This document shows, in pieces, positions 27,409 through 32,000 of a DNA stretch of 32,000 nucleotides. Every line of letters starts with the position of its first letter. Position 1 is the stretch's first letter. Source of the stretch: Acaryochloris marina MBIC11017. GTDB taxonomy: Bacteria; Cyanobacteriota; Cyanobacteriia; Thermosynechococcales; Thermosynechococcaceae. Below the pieces are notes generated by a model that was not told the DNA's origin, did not search any database, and saw only the letters and a list, made by a program, of their open reading frames with translations. Location of the stretch: NCBI RefSeq assembly GCF_000018105.1, contig NC_009925.1, forward strand, positions 360,001 to 392,000, in the 5' to 3' direction. The translations under genes were made by a program, and so were the position numbers.

Positions 27409-28323
27409 ATGGACGGGGTTAAGGAATGGCTGATAAACCATGACTGGGTTCAGACCTTTCGTTCCTTAATTGATATCAGCCTCGCTTTAGCTTTAACGTA
27501 CATGCTGCTCTTAGTCATTGCTGAGCGGCGAACCCTATGGATGGTAAGAGGTGTCGTTTTTCTTGTTCTAGCAACCGTTGCTAGCAAACTATTGCAATTC
27601 AATTACCTCAACCAATTACTCACTTTCTTACTCATTGGCTCTGCCGTAGCCATGGCCGTCATCCTGCAATCAGAAGTCCGACGATTTCTGGAGCAATTGG
27701 GAAGAGGCGAACTGTTGAAAATGTTACGTCCCGCGCAGCAGGTCACCCAAAATCCAGATAACATCATCGATGAAATTGTTGATGCAATTAAAGAACTCTC
27801 CCAAAATCGGACCGGCGCTTTACTCATCATTGAAACTCGAAATATTCCGATTGATGAACGAGACTTTTCAGTACCAGGAATAAAGTTAAGTGCAGAAATT
27901 TCTCGGGAGCTCATTCAAACCATTTTTCAAACAACTACCTTGTTGCACGATGGTGCCATATTGATCCGAGGGGACAGGATCGTTTCAGCTGGCGTTATTC
28001 TACCTATTTCTGAACAAACCGCTTCTCGCCAATTAGGCACTCGCCACCGTGCAGCGATGGGGATCACAGAACGGGTTGATAATTGTGTCTGTATCGTCGT
28101 TTCTGAAGAGACCGGCTCCATCTCCCTAGCTGAACAAGGTATACTGAGACGCCCTTTAACTAGCAGTAAATTGAGAGAATTGTTGGCTGATCGATTAATC
28201 TTATCTGTGGATAGAGAAGTTGTCACCCCAAGCTTGAGAAGTTTAGGCAGGAAAATCAGAAAACAAATCTTTTCTTTGCTTTCTCTCATATTCCCATTGC
28301 TCAAATCTCGCAAGAATATATGA
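27409..28323 (+). CDS. cdaA: Diadenylate cyclase (membrane-anchored CdaA type)
   Basis: 304 aa. Three N-terminal TM helices are followed by a DAC domain: [48 protein letters not shown]. Confidence 0.9.
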   Translation: MDGVKEWLINHDWVQTFRSLIDISLALALTYMLLLVIAERRTLWMVRGVVFLVLATVASKLLQFNYLNQLLTFLLIGSAVAMAVILQSEVRRFLEQLGRGELLKMLRPAQQVTQNPDNIIDEIVDAIKELSQNRTGALLIIETRNIPIDERDFSVPGIKLSAEISRELIQTIFQTTTLLHDGAILIRGDRIVSAGVILPISEQTASRQLGTRHRAAMGITERVDNCVCIVVSEETGSISLAEQGILRRPLTSSKLRELLADRLILSVDREVVTPSLRSLGRKIRKQIFSLLSLIFPLLKSRKNI

Positions 28324-29072
28324 CGTTAAATTCAAGTCTTCCAAAGCAACTCCCTTCAGACCTAGATGTTCAGCGACTACCCAAACATGTCGCCGTCATC
28401 ATGGATGGTAATGGGCGATGGGCCAAGCAGAGAGGATTACCCCGCATTGTCGGACATCGTCGTGGGGTAGATACCCTGAAGTCACTCCTGCGTTGTTGCA
28501 AAGATTGGGGAGTCCAAGCACTCACAGCGTATGCTTTTTCCACAGAGAATTGGGGACGTCCGCTTGATGAAGTGGAATTCTTGATGATGCTATTTGAAAG
28601 GGTTTTGCGTCGCGAATTACAAGAGATGATTGATGAAGGCGTACAAATACACTTTGTCGGTGATTTAGAAGCTCTGCCGTTGACGCTACAAACAGAAATA
28701 CAGCGAGCAATGACTGCGACAAAAGACAATCACACCATCAAATTTATCGTCGCCACTAATTACGGAGGTCGTAGAGAAATTATTCAAGCATGCCGCAATA
28801 TTGCCTCTAAAGTTCAGCATAATCAAATCAACCTGGATGATATTGATGAAAGCTTATTTGAGCGGCATCTATATACAGCCGGAATTATAGACCCAGACCT
28901 GTTAATTCGAACCAGTGGAGAAATGAGAGTCAGTAATTTCCTCTTGTGGCAAATGGCCTATGCGGAACTCTATGTTACCAAGACCCTGTGGCCAGACTTC
29001 GATCGAGATGAGTTCCATCAAGCCCTTAAAGACTTCCAAGATAGGCATCGAAGATTTGGTAAAGTCAACTAA
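28320..29072 (+). CDS. uppS: Isoprenyl transferase (undecaprenyl-diphosphate synthase)
   Basis: 250 aa. [36 protein letters not shown] and RRFG. The ATG overlaps the cdaA stop as ATGA (28320-28323). Confidence 0.93.
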   Translation: MTLNSSLPKQLPSDLDVQRLPKHVAVIMDGNGRWAKQRGLPRIVGHRRGVDTLKSLLRCCKDWGVQALTAYAFSTENWGRPLDEVEFLMMLFERVLRRELQEMIDEGVQIHFVGDLEALPLTLQTEIQRAMTATKDNHTIKFIVATNYGGRREIIQACRNIASKVQHNQINLDDIDESLFERHLYTAGIIDPDLLIRTSGEMRVSNFLLWQMAYAELYVTKTLWPDFDRDEFHQALKDFQDRHRRFGKVN

Positions 29073-29242
29073 TCATTTAGTAAGATGCTGCATATTTTGC
29101 ATAAATTACTGATAAGCCTAAGTAAGCCCAGTTCAGATTAAGTCCATTTTTTAAGGTTCTTCTACTGAAGAAGACAGGTTTTCACTCACGGAAGACTAGG
29201 AGTTTTAGCATATCTCAAGCTTAGGCCAAGTGATAATACCCA

Positions 29243-29524
29243 CTAAGGACCAGAAAACACTGCATCCTCAATATCTTGGCGACTTAAAGAGTACTTGAAG
29301 GTTCGTTGAATATCGCGTTCAGTGGAAACAGCTGGCACGTATACAACAGACAACTCCTCGATATCTAGCCATATTTCTGCCTTCCACTGATCACGCTCAA
29401 CACGCCAAAGATGCAAATCCTGAGAATCTTGGTGGCATCCAAGCTGGTGAAGCCATAGCTCAATTTGAGGAAGAGGATGATTATACAGCGGAGTTTTAGG
29501 ATCTGGTAAACAGGATTCAGTCAT
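29243..29524 (-). CDS. DUF3143-family protein (cyanobacteria/plastid lineage)
   Basis: 93 aa. LYNHPLPQIELWL...W.AEIWLD...L.V.Y...RTFKYSLSRQDIEDAVFSGP matches my recollection of DUF3143. Confidence 0.7.
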   Translation of the reverse strand: MTESCLPDPKTPLYNHPLPQIELWLHQLGCHQDSQDLHLWRVERDQWKAEIWLDIEELSVVYVPAVSTERDIQRTFKYSLSRQDIEDAVFSGP

Positions 29525-29861
29525 TAGCTAACTCTTACAACTTAGACACAAATTGATCGAGAGTATGTCACCTTTGCAAGTATGTAAATTTCGAAAGTAA
29601 CAGCTTGGCATCTGAGATCAAGGCTAGCAGGAATTACTGAAATGAGTATAAACACTTAGAAATGAAGGTGACATACTCCCAAATTGATCAATAGTTGGGT
29701 GCTTAATTATAAAGAAAAACACAAGGCCAATGAAGGAGAGTTGAAGATGCCCATAACTCATCAAACGAGGCTCAATACTAAATCTTCCTAAAACCACATC
29801 ATCATATGCTAAAAAGCAATAGAGAGAATCGTCTTACAAACTCCTAAAGAAAATTTCAAAT

Positions 29862-30308
29862 TCATATCAGGTAAAGAGTAGCAAGTCCTACAAACATCAT
29901 TTCTCCACGGGCAAAACCCAACACCACAGCCAAGATTAAACACCCTAAGAAGGTTATACACAAAATTAATAATGCAACAAGCTCGCCAGAAGACAAAGGG
30001 CGTTCTTGGATTTGAACCTGTGAAGATGCCAATGGATTATCTGAACTGCGCACCTTCTGCACGGAGGTATATTTGGCAGGCGAAACACCTAAACGATAAT
30101 CATATGATTTTCTTAGTTCAGGACTACTCAAAACTCTATATGCATCATTAAGTTGTTGAAATTTTTGGATCGCAGTTTCCTTGGGTAAAGCCGTTGTGTC
30201 AGGATGGTAAACCTTGCTCTTTCTTCGATAAGCATCATGGATCTCATCACTAGAAGCTCCAGGAGAAAGATCTAGCAACTGGTAGAAATTTGAATCCATC
30301 GACATCAC
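29862..30308 (-). CDS. J-domain (DnaJ-like) protein with C-terminal membrane anchor
   Basis: 148 aa. NFYQLLDLSPGASSDEIHDAYRRKSKVYHPD contains the HPD tripeptide. The C-terminal hydrophobic helix is LVALLILCITFLGCLILAVVLGF. Confidence 0.8.
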   Translation of the reverse strand: MMSMDSNFYQLLDLSPGASSDEIHDAYRRKSKVYHPDTTALPKETAIQKFQQLNDAYRVLSSPELRKSYDYRLGVSPAKYTSVQKVRSSDNPLASSQVQIQERPLSSGELVALLILCITFLGCLILAVVLGFARGEMMFVGLATLYLI

Positions 30309-30362
30309 TCTAGTTCAAGCTTTTTATAATTCTGTGCTAAAGAATTCAACACTCAAAGAAAT

Positions 30363-30430
30363 TCCTAATACATATTGTAAGCAAGCTCTATCTCTTAGTC
30401 GATAGAGCTTGCTTACAATATGTATTAGGA
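30363..30430 (-). terminator. Perfect 30-bp-stem hairpin (8-nt loop) downstream of pilC; likely terminator or processing element
   Basis: 30363-30392 (tcctaatacatattgtaagcaagctctatc) is the exact reverse complement of 30401-30430. The loop is tcttagtc. On the minus strand the stem is followed by AUUUCUUUG. Confidence 0.5.
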
Positions 30431-30489
30431 GCTAGCGAAATTTAGCGTAAATCACACTTAAACTGAGTAAACCACTGAATAACCCTTGA

Positions 30490-31710
30490 TTAACCGATTA
30501 GATCGAAGATCTTGAACATAGGCAAATACATAGCCACAAGAATGGAACCAACCATACCTCCTAAAACAACGATCATCAAGGGTTCCATCACACTAGTCAT
30601 GGCTTTAACCGCCTGTTCGACTTCATCTTCATAAAAATCAGCAACCTTCATCAGCATCTTGTCAATCTCTCCTGTTTCTTCCCCAACATTGATCATTTGA
30701 GTCGCTAGGAGAGGAAATACTTTTTCTTTTTGCAACGCTAAGCTCAACATGCCACCCCCTTGAATTTCTCGTCGAGCTTCATCAATAGCGTTAGATACAA
30801 CCTGGTTTCCTGCAGTATCACGAACAATTTCGAGAGAATAGAGAATAGGCACACCCGAACGAGAAAGTGACCCAAAAGTTCGACAAAATCTAGCCACAGC
30901 CGTCTTTTGAATCAGATCACCAAACAGAGGCAACTTAAGCATGATTCGATCAATAGTTTCTCTGCCTGCTCGGGTTCGATAGTACTGCCGAAGGGCAAAT
31001 GTGGATCCAAAAACTACAATGGCAGCTGAAATCCCATAAATCGGTGTTCTCAGAAATTCACTGAGATTCACCATAAATTGAGTAAATGCAGGTAAGTCAC
31101 CACCTAATTGGCTAAATATGCCGTCAAATACTGGGATAAGGAAAATAACCATTCCCAAAAAGATTGAAACAGCGATAAAACCAACGACAACTGGATATGC
31201 TAGCGCTGATCGAATCTGGTTTTTCAAACGCGCTTGATCTTCCAGCAAAGTGGCTAGACGATTGAGAACCTCATCCAAAACACCACCTGTTTCACCTGCT
31301 TGAATCATGGCAACATACAGCTGATCGAAAGCAGCAGGGTGGCCCCTCATAGCATCTGATAAGCTAACGCCTTGTTGGACAGCAGCATTGACATCTAGAA
31401 GTGCCTTTTTAAGCTTAGGATTCTTACACTGTTCAGACATAACTCCCAAGCCCCTTACCAATGCAACCCCGGCATTGACTAGAGCTGAAAACTGTCTCGA
31501 GAACAAAGCTTTATCTTTAACAGTGATGGACTGAAGAAAACTCAGATCCAGCTCAGCATTCATGCTGAAGCCTTGAGATTCCTTTATATCAAGGATCTGT
31601 AGCCCTTGGCGTTGGATATTAGAACGAGCTTCTTTTTGAGAGGTTGCGTTTACCCTTTTTTGGCTTGATTTTCCTTGAGAGTCTCGCGCACGGACGACGT
31701 AAGTTGGCAT
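30490..31710 (-). CDS. pilC: Type IV pilus assembly platform protein PilC (GspF family)
   Basis: 406 aa with two GspF repeats. Motifs FSRQFSALVNAGVALVRGL, AMIQAGETGG, NVGEETGEID, and the C-terminal VLGGMVGSILVAMYLPMF. Confidence 0.92.
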   Translation of the reverse strand: MPTYVVRARDSQGKSSQKRVNATSQKEARSNIQRQGLQILDIKESQGFSMNAELDLSFLQSITVKDKALFSRQFSALVNAGVALVRGLGVMSEQCKNPKLKKALLDVNAAVQQGVSLSDAMRGHPAAFDQLYVAMIQAGETGGVLDEVLNRLATLLEDQARLKNQIRSALAYPVVVGFIAVSIFLGMVIFLIPVFDGIFSQLGGDLPAFTQFMVNLSEFLRTPIYGISAAIVVFGSTFALRQYYRTRAGRETIDRIMLKLPLFGDLIQKTAVARFCRTFGSLSRSGVPILYSLEIVRDTAGNQVVSNAIDEARREIQGGGMLSLALQKEKVFPLLATQMINVGEETGEIDKMLMKVADFYEDEVEQAVKAMTSVMEPLMIVVLGGMVGSILVAMYLPMFKIFDLIG

Positions 31711-31767
31711 AACTCAATTCTCAGCAGTAAATGAAGAAAGAACGAATGTTAGGTTTATACTCAATGC

Positions 31768-32000
31768 TTATCGCCGATAGGGTGCGGCACCAGAGCCACG
31801 TTGATTCCCCATAGGAGCTGCCCCCATAAGGCGTTGCATTTCATCAGGTCGGGAGGTTTTTGATACAGCAGATTCAAAGGAAATCGTACCTGCACGATAC
31901 AGTTCTGCTAAAACTTTTTCCAACGTTACCATCCCCAACTTTCCACCAGTTTGAATCGCAGAATAGATCTGGGACGTTTTCCCTTCACGAATTAAGTTAG
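31768..32000 (-). CDS. pilT: Twitching-motility ATPase PilT, C-terminal part (N-terminus outside the window)
   Basis: Hand translation gives NLIREGKTSQIYSAIQTGGKLGMVTLEKVLAELYRAGTISFESAVSKTSRPDEMQRLMG...YRR. The stop is TAA at 31770-31768. The LIREGK..QI.S..QTG...GM.T block is the PilT C-terminal signature. Confidence 0.85.
   Translation of the reverse strand, partial: NLIREGKTSQIYSAIQTGGKLGMVTLEKVLAELYRAGTISFESAVSKTSRPDEMQRLMGAAPMGNQRGSGAAPYRR

Noticed and set aside
1-32000. Search for tRNA, rRNA, CRISPR arrays, transposases, integrases and prophage genes
   Set aside because: I saw no cloverleaf-type conserved arms (for example GGTTCGAATCC-like T-loops), no regularly spaced direct repeats, and no ORF with DDE or tyrosine-recombinase motifs. 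The scan was by eye, so short or degenerate elements could have been missed.

Overview
This is a cyanobacterial chromosomal window. Evidence: nine perfect HIP1 octamers (GCGATCGC), a DUF3143 gene next to a J-domain gene, the lysA-cdaA-uppS arrangement, and pilT-pilC. All identifications come from motifs read in the translations; no database search was possible.

Layout:
- 1-6085: a visibly AT-rich, HIP1-free block. On the minus strand it carries a Wzc-type polysaccharide co-polymerase/tyrosine kinase, then a small cassette made of a 54-aa peptide gene (below the ORF-track cutoff), an HprK-like P-loop kinase and a PF14907-like nucleotidyltransferase that runs off the window. A roughly 1 kb ORF-free spacer follows.
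- 6086-17325: higher-GC core genes. These are a UDP-glucuronate 4-epimerase-like gene, a convergent response regulator and PAS histidine kinase, a PIN toxin pair, a secreted hypothetical, a FemAB-like GNAT, an acyl-CoA dehydrogenase-like gene and clpB.
- 17484-22991: a minus-strand operon of a second Wzc paralogue, cysC and rfbB-rfbA-rfbC.
- 23207-32000: an orphan beta-class DNA methyltransferase, pyrE, a NucA-type lipoprotein nuclease, lysA-cdaA-uppS, DUF3143, a J-domain membrane protein, a 30-bp perfect hairpin, pilC and the 3' end of pilT.

The two most unusual observations:
1. The 54-aa peptide has an N-terminus that matches the lasso-peptide leader consensus position for position. It is followed by a hyper-acidic, non-canonical core and sits with the kinase and nucleotidyltransferase.
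2. A strongly SD-led small gene (13106-13444) ends in a SEC-C zinc motif. It reads through only if the ribosome shifts +1 three times, each time at a T-run immediately followed by TGA. One site is the exact prfB heptamer CTT TGA C.

No tRNA, rRNA, CRISPR array or transposase was seen.
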